Positions 1 through 11,068 of a stretch of DNA of 64,000 bases are shown here, piece after piece. Position 1 is the stretch's first letter, and each line of letters opens with the position of its first letter. Position numbers and translations under genes: made by a program. The notes under the pieces were generated by a model. It made no database searches. It was given only the letters and a program-made list of their open reading frames with translations, and was not told the DNA's origin. Source of the DNA: Eledone cirrhosa (lineage: Eukaryota); NCBI GenBank assembly GCA_964016885.1, contig OZ024764.1, positions 22,878,001 to 22,942,000 of the forward strand, written 5' to 3'.

Positions 1-390
1 ACTATCCCTACCCTCTTCACTAAGTTGTCTTGTACCTCTCTCACAGTCTTTCTAGATCTTATATTTAACAGGAAGATCTTTTATTATCTCTACCCTTTAT
101 TTAGGTTGTCTTGTACCTCTCTCACAGTCCCTCTAGATCTTATATTTAACGGTGATATTTTACTATCCCTACCTCTTTCTCTAGGTTGTCTTGTACCACC
201 CTCACAGTCCCTCTAGATCTTATATTTAATAGGGAGATATTTTACTGGCCCTACCCTTTTCTCTAGGTTGTCATGTACCTCTCTCACAGTCCCTCTAGAT
301 CTTATATTTAACAGGGAGATCTTTTACTTTCCAACCCTTCTATCTCCAGATAGTCTTGTATATGTCAGTCCCTCTAGATATTACACCTAG
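1..390. repeat. ~80-bp minisatellite, about 5 units, cut by the window start
   Basis: TCTAGAT anchor recurs at 51, 132, 212, 294 and 373; paralogous arrays at ~21210-21625, 28937-29090 and 52060-52170. Confidence 0.9.
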
Positions 391-673
391 TATCTAGTCT
401 ATGTTGAGTGGTACGTTCTTCTACAGTAAAGGAGTTAATATTCCCAACCATCTGTCTATCCTGTTTTCTGATGAGAATGAAGTCAATCTAGTTTATCTCT
501 TCACATGATTGAAGTAACTAGATCAAGTAACTAGATGGTTTCCTCTAAGTTAGTGTTGCAATGTTTGTGTCACCATGTAAGGTTTATATCTATTAATATA
601 GAGATGTAGTAAAGTTTTCACTGTTGTATCTCTATTTTCTAAATATCTTAATAATGTTTCTCTACTATTTCAG

Positions 674-1041
674 AATATCACATGACCTTGACAGAAAAGA
701 GTCTTTTAAAGACAACAGAAAGATGTTACATACAAGTGATATAAACTTGTTTAGTCTGTGGTGAATTATGGTGAAATATTTCTTCTGATTTGAGATAAAT
801 AACAACATTTTCCTTTTTCACTGTCTGGAATATTTACAAGATGACTTTACATTCTGATTAAACTTTGGATATTTACAAAGGAGTTTTCAAAATATTTGGA
901 TATTGACAAAGATCACATTTGGTAAAATTATGAACAATAGAAATATTTACATCAACATAGGAATATTTTCCAGAAGAGATGGGAAAATCATTATACCACT
1001 GTAATATTTGTGGTAAAATATTCTCTCTTCTTTATATGTAG
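674..1041 (+). pseudogene. Orphan zinc-finger exon stub: acceptor, UTR-like sequence and half finger (copy 1)
   Basis: aatgtttctctactatttcag|AATA resembles the G1/G2 acceptor aatgttcttttattatttcag|AATA; ATG at 979 reads MGKSLYHCNICGKIFSLLYM*. Confidence 0.7.
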
Positions 1042-1169
1042 AACATCTAACTAAACACTTTAATTAACAAACTATTGTGCTATAGAATTGACAAACTTGA
1101 GCAATGTTTAATAAATGTTACAGATTTCTCCAAACTATCATTTACTAACGTTAATTTGAAGCTATATTA

Positions 1170-1531
1170 TCTCTATACTACTAAAACTCTGTGATTGTGT
1201 CTTGTCTGTAATTTAATACAGCTAAAACAGTGCATAATGGGGAAATACTTTGAAAGGAATAAAACAAGATTCGTATAAATTGGGGCACAGGTTCCCAAGA
1301 TACGGGGGTTTCTGGATACCTTCATAAATATAGGGAGAGAAAGAGATAGTGGTTGTGAGAGAGAGGGAACTGTGGTGTTGTTTAATAAAATATGTGTGTG
1401 TATATATATATACGTATGTGTATATATATATATACGTATGTGTATATTTTAACTATTTAAAAACTATTTTAAAATGACTTTTAAAAAATAGTTTTAAGGG
1501 AACGTGACCCAACAGGTCCCGGGTGGTCTAG
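1170..1531 (+). mobile_element. Non-autonomous Helitron-like element
   Basis: A|TC start, 3' hairpin region GTGACCCAACAGGTCCCGGGT then CTAG|T, no TSD, internal TA/GA microsatellites. Confidence 0.7.
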
Positions 1532-1934
1532 TTTGTTACTAAATACTAGATATTAGAGGGTCATGTTGTTCTAGATGTGCTGGAAGAGCCATTCCATCTT
1601 GTGAGGTTCACACCAGCAGCTAGCCACCTCAGCACCTATGGTGGTATATTTATTATATTATTTATTCTTTATCATTAACATTAATATAAAAGATAATTAT
1701 ATATTTTTAGAGAAGAACCTCTAATTTTATATAGCTTAGGGCTTCAGTAGGTAAAAGTCTGGCCCGTCTTGTCTTGTATTTTTTAGGGGAGAAGTTAGGG
1801 AATACTGTTATTGTGTGAAAGTTTTCTAAATCTTCAGCCACTAACATGGAGAAGATATTTCAGTAAGAAGGTTCACATCCTGACATCTATAGCTGTTAAC
1901 AATGAGATTGGAATTCATTATTAAACAAATGTTA

Positions 1935-2660
1935 TATCATCATCACTGTTTAACATCAGTTTTTCCACACTGGCATGGGTTAGACAAGTTATCCTGTTGT
2001 AAGCAAGGCCAGGTCAGGTGACCATGTCTGGCTCCTACAGAACAAATTTTGGATTGGTTTCTATAGCTGGATGCCCTTCCTAGCACCAACCTTATTTACA
2101 TTGAGTACTGGGTGCATTTTACCATCTCACCATCAAGACCTCTTTACAGTGTGTGCTGGGTGCTTTTTGTTGTGACACCTACATGACCACTTTACAGTTT
2201 GGACTGGGTGCTTTTTGTCGTGACACCAACATGACCACTTTATAGTGTGGACTGGGTACTTTTTGTTGTGACACCTACATGACCATTTTAAAATTTTGGC
2301 TGGGTACTTTTTGTTGTCACCTACATGACCACTTTACAGTGTGGGCTGGGTGCTTTTTGCTGTGACACCTACGCAACCGCTTCATAGTGTGGGCTGGTTT
2401 CTTTTTGTCATATCACCTACATGACCAGTTTATAGTAATGGCTATGTGTTCTTTACAGTGTGGGCTGGTTTCTTTTTGTCATATCACCTACATGACCACC
2501 TTATAATGTTGACTGTGTGTTCTTTGCAGTGTGGGCTGGTTTCTTTTTGTCATATCACCTACATGACCACCTTATAATGTTGACTGTGTATTCTCTATAG
2601 TGTGGGTTGGGTGCTTTTTGTCATATCTCCTACCCAACCACTTTGCAGTGTGGGCAGTGA
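1935..2660 (-). repeat. RTE/SINE-type 3' tail expanded into a 48-bp and 71-bp minisatellite
   Basis: Begins with (ATC)n tail and sequence resembling the RTE tail at 20607-20870; 48-bp unit gtgacacctacatgaccactttacagtgtggactgggtgctttttgtt, then 71-bp compound units. Confidence 0.8.
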
Positions 2661-2689
2661 AATATCAGTAATGCACCAGCTCCAATATT

Positions 2690-3200
2690 CAGTAATCAGA
2701 AGAAGGGAGGTAGGCATAAAAGCCAAACTTGCTGTCTTCAATTAGCTTTTTGTGCCAACCCTTACCTATGGTCACATATCTTGGGTAATGACCAAAATAA
2801 TATGATTGGGAATACAAATGGCAGATATGGGATTCCTCTGAAGGGTCTTTGAAGGAACGTTTCTCAATGAAGTGCATAGCTCTGAGATCAGAGAGTCACT
2901 CCAGGTGGAGCTGTTACTTCTCCGAATTGAGAGATCACAGCTGCAATACTATGGCCATGTGGTTAGAATGTCTGAGGAAAGAATCACTGGATAGATTTTA
3001 CAGGCAAAACTAACCGGCAGGAGACCCAGGGGTAGACCTGAGCAAGATGGTCACATAACATCCATGAGCTTGGCTGGTCTCTCTGGGAGATCCAGACACA
3101 TAAGTTGGAGTGGGTTGCTTCTGACAGGACCTGTTGGAGGGAGTGTTTGAGGACTCTGCCCCCAAGACCCTCTCTGGAATAAGTGGGTTAATAAGAAGAG
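2690..3200 (+). mobile_element. RTE-clade LINE 3' fragment (Expander/Rex3-like), decayed
   Basis: + strand reads PTLTYGHISWVMT...SSEIRESLQVELLLLRIERSQLQYYGHVVRM...GRRPRGRP with stops. Confidence 0.8.
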
Positions 3201-3490
3201 GTTGATGTTACATAATCAACATCAGATTTCCCTGCTAGCAAGGGTTTAATGAGTCTACTTCAACCAAGTAAGTACTGAAGTGCGGCTACTGATCTCCCAG
3301 ACAGACCAAGGATCTGAGACTTATTTACATAAGGTCTCATTTGCTACTGAGTGCACAGAAAAGGTTGTCATGTCTTTGTCATGATTGAAGGGTTCTCCGA
3401 CACTATTGTCGGGCAAGCTTTCTATGACTAGATGTCCTTCACATGACCAACCACATTACAGCCTGTGTTGGGTGTGTTTATCATGTAGGT

Positions 3491-5536
3491 GAGACATAAC
3501 AAACTGAGGGTTCCCCAAGGGCCACATAGGTCACATGTGTTGTCTGAGGGTTGCACACTACAACTAATTATGTACACGACAACTTATTAGTCATTTAATA
3601 AAATATATTGCAGAAAGATTTGTTACTTAAATTTAGAAACATACAATGTACATACAAATGTTTTAGCAGCATTCATGAATACAAAGTAATGAAGTAGTTT
3701 GATAAAAAAACTAAAATTTCACATGTCAACATATACTTGCAGATTGTAACATCAACAAATACATTGTACACAAATAACAACAGTTGAAAACTGAACATTT
3801 ATTTGCTACTATTCAACCATTTTTAGTCTTTTGTCCTGAGGCTTGACACTTCTTTCTGTTGACAATGTTTGGTATATCTGGCTGAAATGTCTGCACAGTT
3901 CCAACTTTAATCAGAAATGACAAGTGTTGATCTTTCAGCCTTGTTCTCTGAGAAGTTTTTGTTAAGCTAAGTACAGACTCAGTATGGGCAGTGATTTTCA
4001 GCTCTTTGCACATAAGAAAATGAATTAAATTTTCATCTGACAACGGAGACTTCCATAAGCTAAGTTTTCTAATGAAGAACTTGATGTCATCATACAACTG
4101 AGTGATGGGTTTGTTTTTACCTTGTAATTTCAAATTAAGATCAGTTAATTGTGCAGTAATATCCACAAATAAAGCCAGATGTTGGAGCCAACTATTATCT
4201 TTTGTTTCATCTGTGTTTTGACCTTTCATCTCCAAAAACATAATTATTTCAACAAATAGCATCTTTTCAGCACTTTGTGACATGTCAACCAGCAGACTTC
4301 TGTGTAGAATGGAACATCGGTGAACTGATTATCCATATCTTCCAACAACTGGCTGAACTGACGGTGGTTGAGAGCACGGCCTCTGATTTAGTTCACTATC
4401 TTTGTGACCAAGCTAAGCACATGATGCAATTTTAAAATCTTTGAACATAAATTTTGCTGATGAATAATACAGTGAAAATGTGCAAATGATGAATCTAGAT
4501 ATGAGTTTTCTATTTTTGTTTGTAACTTGGCAGCAACACCATTATGTCTACCAACCATATTTGCAGCACTGTCAGTAGATAAACATGCAAGTTTACTCAG
4601 ATCAAAACCATGCAGACACTGCTTGACCTTCTCAAAGATGTCCTGGCTTGTTATAGTGTCATGCATGGGGACCAGTTCAATCAGTTCTTCATAAATATTA
4701 AATTCACAGTCACAGGCCCTGATGAAGAATGCAAGCTGTACTATTCCAGTGATGTCAACAGTCTCTTCAATAGCAATAGAAACATGTTCAAACCTTGATG
4801 ATACAGCCTTTAACTATTGTTTCAGATCACCTGACATTTCATTAATCTGTTCAGCAACAGTGTTCCTGGTTAATGAAATGTCTTTGAATAACTCTGCTTT
4901 CTCTGTACAATTTCAACTGTTTTTACAAGACATTACTTTACAAAATCTCCTTCACTGTAAGATTTCCCACTCATGGCAATCATTTGACTGAGTTCATAGC
5001 TTGCAGTTACGGAAGTGACATCCTCTTCCTGAATTAACATAAAACAGGTCTGTTGCTGTGTCAAGTTAGACTTCAATTCCTTGAGTCTTGAAACACACAT
5101 TGGGCCTTCATATTTATCGTAAGATTGATGGTTTGTTTCATAATGTCTTTTTAAATTGTACTCTTTTGGCGTGGCGATGTAGTTGTTGCAAATTATACAG
5201 TGTATCTTTCTGTTCACCATTGGGCAAAAATACTGTAATTCCCACTTTTCTTGAAACACTTGCCCTTCTTCGTTCAATTTCCTTTTTCTCTTAGCTGGAG
5301 GAGCACTAACCATTTCAAAAACAAAATCTTTTGAAATTTTTAAAGAAAGTTTTCTGTTAATGAGCTGCACGTGATTAATGGAAGTTAAAAGTCGTTGACA
5401 AAATTTGCAAAAAAAAAATTATTGTATCGAAAATGTTTTAAATTTTATATTACGAAAATGAAATATGCTCGCACTGTAAAAACCTTTGTGTGGGCCGCAG
5501 GTTTGCTTGCCAAGGGCCGCATGTTTGACATGTCTG
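3491..5536 (-). mobile_element. hAT transposon (SPIN/Charlie/Buster-like), decayed and internally deleted (copy 1)
   Basis: Transposase fragments FQEKWELQYF..CIIC..KEYNLKRHY, TDSAANMVG, HCIIHQQNLC; 8-bp TSD ATGTAGGT at 3483-3490 and 5537-5544; imperfect TIR. Confidence 0.92.
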
Positions 5537-5699
5537 ATGTAGGTTACCAACACTAGGCAGGGCAGCATGTCCATCAGTGTCTTCTGCTACATTAACTACC
5601 AGGAGGTCACCACATGAGACAAAGACCAAAGACTACATTTCAAAGAAGGGTCATAAAAGAACTAAATACAAAAGTCCTCGCAGCAAAAAACAAATAATT

Positions 5700-6100
5700 G
5701 AGCTTTGGGTCTAGGTCAAGGGGCAGAAGTGCTGTACCCTGTGGATAAGACTGCAAAAGTATTCGCCTCGGACAGTGACACCCACTGCAATAGCCACCCC
5801 AACCCCATGGGACTCCCTCTTCAGACGGGCCACCAACGTTCTGATCTTACAGAGGAGCTTGGCAGTACGGGGTCCAAGTACTTCTGAGGTCTCGATGGTG
5901 ACCGGTGTGAAGAGACCTACAATTGATGTCATCCCAGTTATGTTGGACTGTAATATACTGGGGTATAGAGAGGCCTTAACCTGTCTCAGCCGGGCCACCC
6001 AGGGTTGTGTCATCTAGGTACCAGACAGGGGTAACTAGACCATGTTGTCAACTGTCACCACCAATAGGAGTGACGCGACTGGGTCCCCTTGCTAGACACC
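5700..6100 (-). mobile_element. Relic of an RLE-type non-LTR retrotransposon (probably CRE clade)
   Basis: Minus strand GV*QGDPVASLLL, then VWYLDDTTLGG (YLDD at 6009-6020), then FTPVTIETSEVLGPRTAKLL resembling an RLE C-terminus. Confidence 0.6.
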
Positions 6101-6344
6101 ATATATAAAACGTATTTGCTAATTACTTTAATGAATAATTTGTTTCATACGTGATTATTACTTTTAACACAATAGGATTTTGTACACGTGTTTGTTTGAA
6201 AACATCTTTCAAAGAAGTATGAGACAGTCTTTTGTAGTGTTTATTATAATAAATTACTGTATGTTGACCTGTTTTAACTTCTCCACCTTCTATTATTTCA
6301 TATTGTTTTTGTAAAAAAACGAGATCTTTTTCATATATATATAT

Positions 6345-6555
6345 GAAGGCGTGTGGCTGAGTGGTTAGAGAATTGGATTCGGAATTGTGAGTTCGATTCT
6401 CAGACTGGGCGGTGCGTTATGTCCTTGAGCAAGACATTTTATTTCACGTTGCTCCTTCTACCTGGATTTGCGACCGATAGATAGTATTAGCAATTGGAAA
6501 GACCAATGGAAACATTGTTTCCTCGGTCCGATTTGACGAAAAGTTGATCATAAAA
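6345..6555 (+). mobile_element. tRNA-derived SINE
   Basis: A box TGGCTGAGTGG, B box GTTCGATTC, core TCCTTGAGCAAGACA; flanked by TA repeats. Confidence 0.75.
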
Positions 6556-7339
6556 AATATATATATATATAGAGAGAGAGAGAGAAAAACACACAAACAT
6601 ACACTACTGTATTACATATGTAAGGGGAGATAACTCTCGTTACATCCACCCTTCTTTTTGATATACGTACTTTAACTACTTTGTTCAATGGAATCTGCTT
6701 TATTTTGTCCTAAGTAGATTTCTGTTTAAGTATTTACGAGATTCACAATGATTCACGTAACCAAGTTACTTACATAGAGATATATTTCACATAGAATCAC
6801 AACAAATGAAAATATTAAGTCAACACTCTGTCAATCAGTCTCACATCACTTGGGGTGCCGGAGTCTCCTTCTAATACTTTCTGCGACAGTGTTACCTCGA
6901 GTGATAGCAAGGCTAAGATGTTGGAACTACCAAACAGCCTCATATGTATCACCTGAACACCTCGGTAAGGAGAGCTGCCAACGATAACAAGAACCTCGTT
7001 GTCAGGGACCTATCTCTTCCAAACTTCTCCAACACCACAGACTAGAATATTCTACTCTTTATTCCCTATCAAATATATTTCAGTCTAGTCATTTATCTTG
7101 TATCTTGTATATGTATTTTGAAAACTAACTGTCACATTTGTGAGACCCCAGTTAGTGATGTTTTCGTCTCCCTCCCACATCCTACATGCTGTAGTAAAAG
7201 TGAGGGTCACTGCTTCTGTAGACGAACGAAATAAAAGTTAAACTACCAGTAATTATCGGCAAAGTATTTATTCCAGTCTGTGATGTTTGAGAAGCTGGGC
7301 TGCTGACAACGAAGTTGTGGTCACTGTTGGCAGCTGGCT

Positions 7340-7596
7340 TTACCGAAGTACCCGATGACTCTTGTGAGGGTACTTAGCTCTTCTGGCGGTTTAGCCTCCA
7401 TGACATGATTTTACTGAGATACCCGGTGATCCCTGTCAGGGTACTTAGCTGTTCTGGCGGTTTAGCCTCCATATGACCCGATCTTACCGAGATACCCGGT
7501 GATCTCTGTCAGGGTACTTAGCTGTTCTGGCAACTTAGCCCCCATATGACCCGATTTACCGAAGCACCCGGTGATCTGTGTAAGAGTACTTAGCTG
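7340..7596. repeat. ~72-bp tandem repeat, about 3.5 units
   Basis: gggtacttagct...accgagatacccggtgatc recurs; shorter versions at ~37180-37265 and 59477-59590. Confidence 0.8.
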
Positions 7597-8246
7597 GGCA
7601 TAGGTTAAGTTTTACGTCCTCGAAAATGAAACTAGGTTTTCTGACAAGTGAATGCGTTTTTTTTTTTTTCCAATGAAATTTACGATACACTCTTTGTTTA
7701 TTTACAACAGGTCTCTATAGTGATATGGTGTTAATTAGTATTGCGTGTGTGATTATTTTCTCTTATATATATATGTGTGGGTGTGTATATGTGTGTATAT
7801 ATATGTGTGTCTGTATGTATATATATATATGTGTGTTTGTATATATATATGTGTTTGTGTCATCATCATCGTTTACATGTTTTTACCCAAATCCCTTATC
7901 ATTCTCTGTCCTTCCTATGACCCGGCCTTGATTTGTTTATAGTTGGTGCCAACTTTGGCAAGATATTACAAAAACATCTAAACGATGATGATGACACAAA
8001 CACATATATATATACAAACACACACATATATATATATACATACAGACGCACATATACACAGCCACACATATATATATAAGAAATAATAATCACACACGCA
8101 ATACTAATTAACACCATATCACTATAGAGACCTGTTGTAAATAAACAAAGAGTGTATCGTAACTTTCATTGTAAAAAAAAAACAAACACATTCACTTGTC
8201 AGAAAACCTAGTTTCATTTTCGAGGACGTAAAACTTAACCTATGCC
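7597..8246. mobile_element. 650-bp foldback MITE, ~290-bp TIRs, 8-bp TSD (Merlin-like)
   Basis: GGCATAGGTTAAGTTTTACG...CGTAAAACTTAACCTATGCC; TSD CTTAGCTG at 7589-7596 and 8247-8254; empty site at 59581-59588. Confidence 0.92.
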
Positions 8247-8334
8247 CTTAGCTGTTCTATTTTAATTACATTTACTGATTTCAACTTCATTTTTATATTA
8301 CAAACTTTACATAATTTAATTCCGTAAAAATATT

Positions 8335-8467
8335 TTACGTCACAAAAAAACATTGAAGCATGCGCAGTGGTGCAGTTGTCGACTTCCTGTCCACGTGTTA
8401 GTCTTCCTACAACAACATTTAGACAACATTTCTGTAAATACTAAACACCTGAGACTATAATGTAAGT
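8335..8467 (+). promoter_or_regulatory. Putative promoter and non-coding exon 1 of G1, donor GTAAGT at 8462
   Basis: Clustered TTACGTCA (CRE-like), GCATGCGCA (NRF1-like), ACTTCCTG (ETS) and CACGTG, then a consensus donor; conserved upstream of G2 and G3. No transcript evidence. Confidence 0.6.
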
Positions 8468-8999
8468 ATTATGTCTATTAATATTGTAGATTTAAGCTCA
8501 CTTTTCACATCACAAATATATATTTTCTTGTTTGTTTCATTACTGGAAATATAAAATGTTATCGTAATTATCTATATTTTACCTACCTCTAATTAATTAA
8601 AGTGAAAACTTTTGTTGTTGCTGAAAAATAAATTAACAAAACTAAATATTTAAATATTCTAAAGGTCGTTTTTATATTATGTGATGATATAATTAATATA
8701 TTTTATTACAATTGTATAAATTTACAGTAGAATAACGTTGTAAATATGTTTTAAATATATACATAAATAACATAAGTGTGTAAATAACATTATAAATTGC
8801 TGGCAATTCCTTGAGAAAAACATTACAAATATATTGTCTAAACTGTGTATAATAATATAATTTATTGAACAATAATGATAAAGGAAAGAAAAACACAGTG
8901 GGAGATGGCAATTCACCACCAGGTGTGATAATAGGCCACACCTCACACCTTAGGGGTTAACTACACACTTTGAGGCAAGCCAACACACTGGCAGCATTA

Positions 9000-9280
9000 C
9001 TAAGGTGTTGAAATAACCAGGTACCCTCACGGGTATCACCTGGTACCTCAGTAAGGTGAGGCTAAGGTGCTGAAATAACCAGGTACCCTCACGGGTATCA
9101 CCTAACACCTCGGTAAGGTGAGGCTAAGGATCTGAAATAACCAGGTACCCTCACGGGTATCACCTGACACCTCAGTAAGTTGAGGCTAAGGGGCTGAAAT
9201 AACCAGGTACCCTCACGGGTATCACCTGACACCTTGGTAAGGTGAGTCTAAGGAGCTGAAATAACCAGGTACCCTCACGG
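9000..9280. repeat. 62-bp minisatellite, about 4.5 units
   Basis: gaaataaccaggtaccctcacgg every 62 bp from 9010; about 2.5 units at 42080-42236. Confidence 0.9.
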
Positions 9281-9636
9281 AAACGACTAGATTTGTAGAA
9301 AAAGTAGGGTGAAAGTATACGAAGAGATGTAGTTTCACAGATCTACTCACACCTCACGTTGGGTGGGAAATAATTATTTTTCTTAGATTTTTTTCTAGAC
9401 ACCTTTTCAATATTTTCTCTCAACCCCTTAGATACTTGCAATAGACGTTTTATTCCCCAGTATTAGGGTTAGGGTTTCCGTTTTCAGGAAGAAAAGTCGA
9501 TTGCAAACATCTAAGAGGTCGAGAAATAAAATTAAGGAAAGATAATTATTTCCCAGCCAACTGGAGAAGTGTGTAGCTCTTCTTAACTCTGATAATCCTG
9601 TCTCCCACTTCTTTATCTACAAATCTAGTCGTTTCC
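9279..9636. mobile_element. Palindromic MITE with central TTAGGGTTAGGG, family unassigned
   Basis: GGAAACGACTAGATTTGTAGA...TCTACAAATCTAGTCGTTTCC with further internal inverted matches; no clear TSD. Confidence 0.8.
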
Positions 9637-9835
9637 TGCTACTTTGAAGGCCCTATTTATTGATAACACCACTTGTAAATCTTTGTCAACTTTTCATACG
9701 TAAATTGTGAATCAGTTATTTTTAAACAAACTATCAAAGAAGTGATCTCACAGTAACTGTGTTTGATTTAATCAACTTATTCCCCCCAAACATTGTCGAC
9801 CTTGTGTCTAAATCAGAAACTATTATAAGATCTTA

Positions 9836-9982
9836 AATCAACCTCGTAAAGATGAAGGGCAAAGCTAACCTCGGCGGGATTTCAACCCTTTATGTTATGA
9901 GTTCAAATCCCACCAAAGTTAACTCTGTCTTTCATTCTAAAGGAGTGGATAAATTAAAGTTCCAGTAATCTACTGGGGTCTG
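9836..9982. mobile_element. Inverted pair of SINE fragments (MetaSINE-like core)
   Basis: Reverse complement of 9838-9888 (GGGTTGAAATCCCGCCGAGGTTAGCTTTGCCCTTCATC) matches 9899 onward (GAGTTCAAATCCCACCAAAGTTAACTCTGTCTTTCATT); copy at ~42793-42938. Confidence 0.65.
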
Positions 9983-10038
9983 AGATATTAAGGTTTGAGT
10001 AGATTCTATCTTTTTGTGTGTTTGTATTTATAATCTTA

Positions 10039-10503
10039 CTAGAAACCCTGTGACCTGTTGGGTCACGTTCCCTTTAAAAATAATATTTAAATAATTAAAA
10101 TATACACAGACATGTATATAATGTAAAATGAAATTAGTAGGCCCATGTATATATATATATATATATATGCGTGTGTGTGTATATATATATATGTGTGTGT
10201 GTGTGTGTCTGTGTGTATATATATATATATATATACACACACGTCACTTGTTCTAATTTTATAACTTTGTTCAACAGCACCACCAGCTATCTCTCTCACA
10301 CACACCCATTATCTTTCTCTCTCTATTTATAAAGGTACCAGAAAAACCCCATATCTCGGGAACCTGTGCATTGATTTACGTGAAACTTATTTTATCCCAT
10401 CTGTATTCCCATTTCAGGGTCAACTTCCTTTCAAACTATTTTCCCGTTATGCCCCGTTTTGGCTGTATTACATTACAGACAAGACACAATCACAGAGTTT
10501 TAG
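10039..10503 (-). mobile_element. Non-autonomous Helitron-like element, reverse copy lacking the 5' TC terminus
   Basis: Reverse complement of the 1170-1531 family; minus-strand end GTGACC-caaca-GGTCAC-agggttt-CTAG|T. Confidence 0.7.
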
Positions 10504-10649
10504 GTTTATAATGTTATAGTATCATGATAGGGTAATACAGTTATTTATAGACCTGTGGTAAATGTTGGTTCAGTCCACCCTGGGGGGGTGTTAGTGTTGG
10601 TTCGGTCTACCCTGAGGGGTGTCAGTGTTGGTCAATGATAACCTTTATA

Positions 10650-11068
10650 ACTAGAGGCCTGTTGGTGAGGACAAGCTGGAAGTGGTGACATCTTTCTGCT
10701 ACCTGTGTGACATGTCAGCTGGAAGTGGAGCCAAGTTCACTGCCATCCTGCTGTGCCACTCCACAGTTAACAAGTTTAGGCAGCTTCTCCTAATCCTCAA
10801 GACATGCTGGCTACCATTAGTCACCATGGGGCAGATTTATAACACCTGTGGGAGAAGTGTGTTGTTTCATGCCAGCGAGACCTGGGCCATGTTATCTGAC
10901 TGTCTGAATTGACTCTGAAGAAATGACAGAGCTATGATCCACTGGATGTGTAGTGTGACCATTGAGGATGATGTCAGCTCAACTGAGCTCCTAAAAAAAC
11001 TGCTGATCGACAACCTCAAGGATGTGTTTAACAGGAGACACATGCACTGGTATGGCCATGTTGTGCAT
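10650..11068 (+). mobile_element. RTE LINE C-terminal fragment
   Basis: GQIYNTCGRSVLFHASETWA, RNDRAMIHWMC and HWYGHVV motifs. Confidence 0.75.

Noticed and set aside
2689-2877. Recurrent ORF MHFIEK... in three copies
   Set aside because: Antisense to an RTE fragment; recurrence is due to segmental duplication
4933-5370. Domesticated GTF2IRD2/EPM2AIP1-like host gene
   Set aside because: Frameshifted and bounded by TIR and TSD, so a decayed hAT transposon
6345-6420. tRNA gene
   Set aside because: A and B boxes present but no full cloverleaf, and it continues into a SINE core
7725-8117. Mirror-image ORFs MVLISIACVII on both strands
   Set aside because: Produced by the MITE inverted repeats and microsatellites
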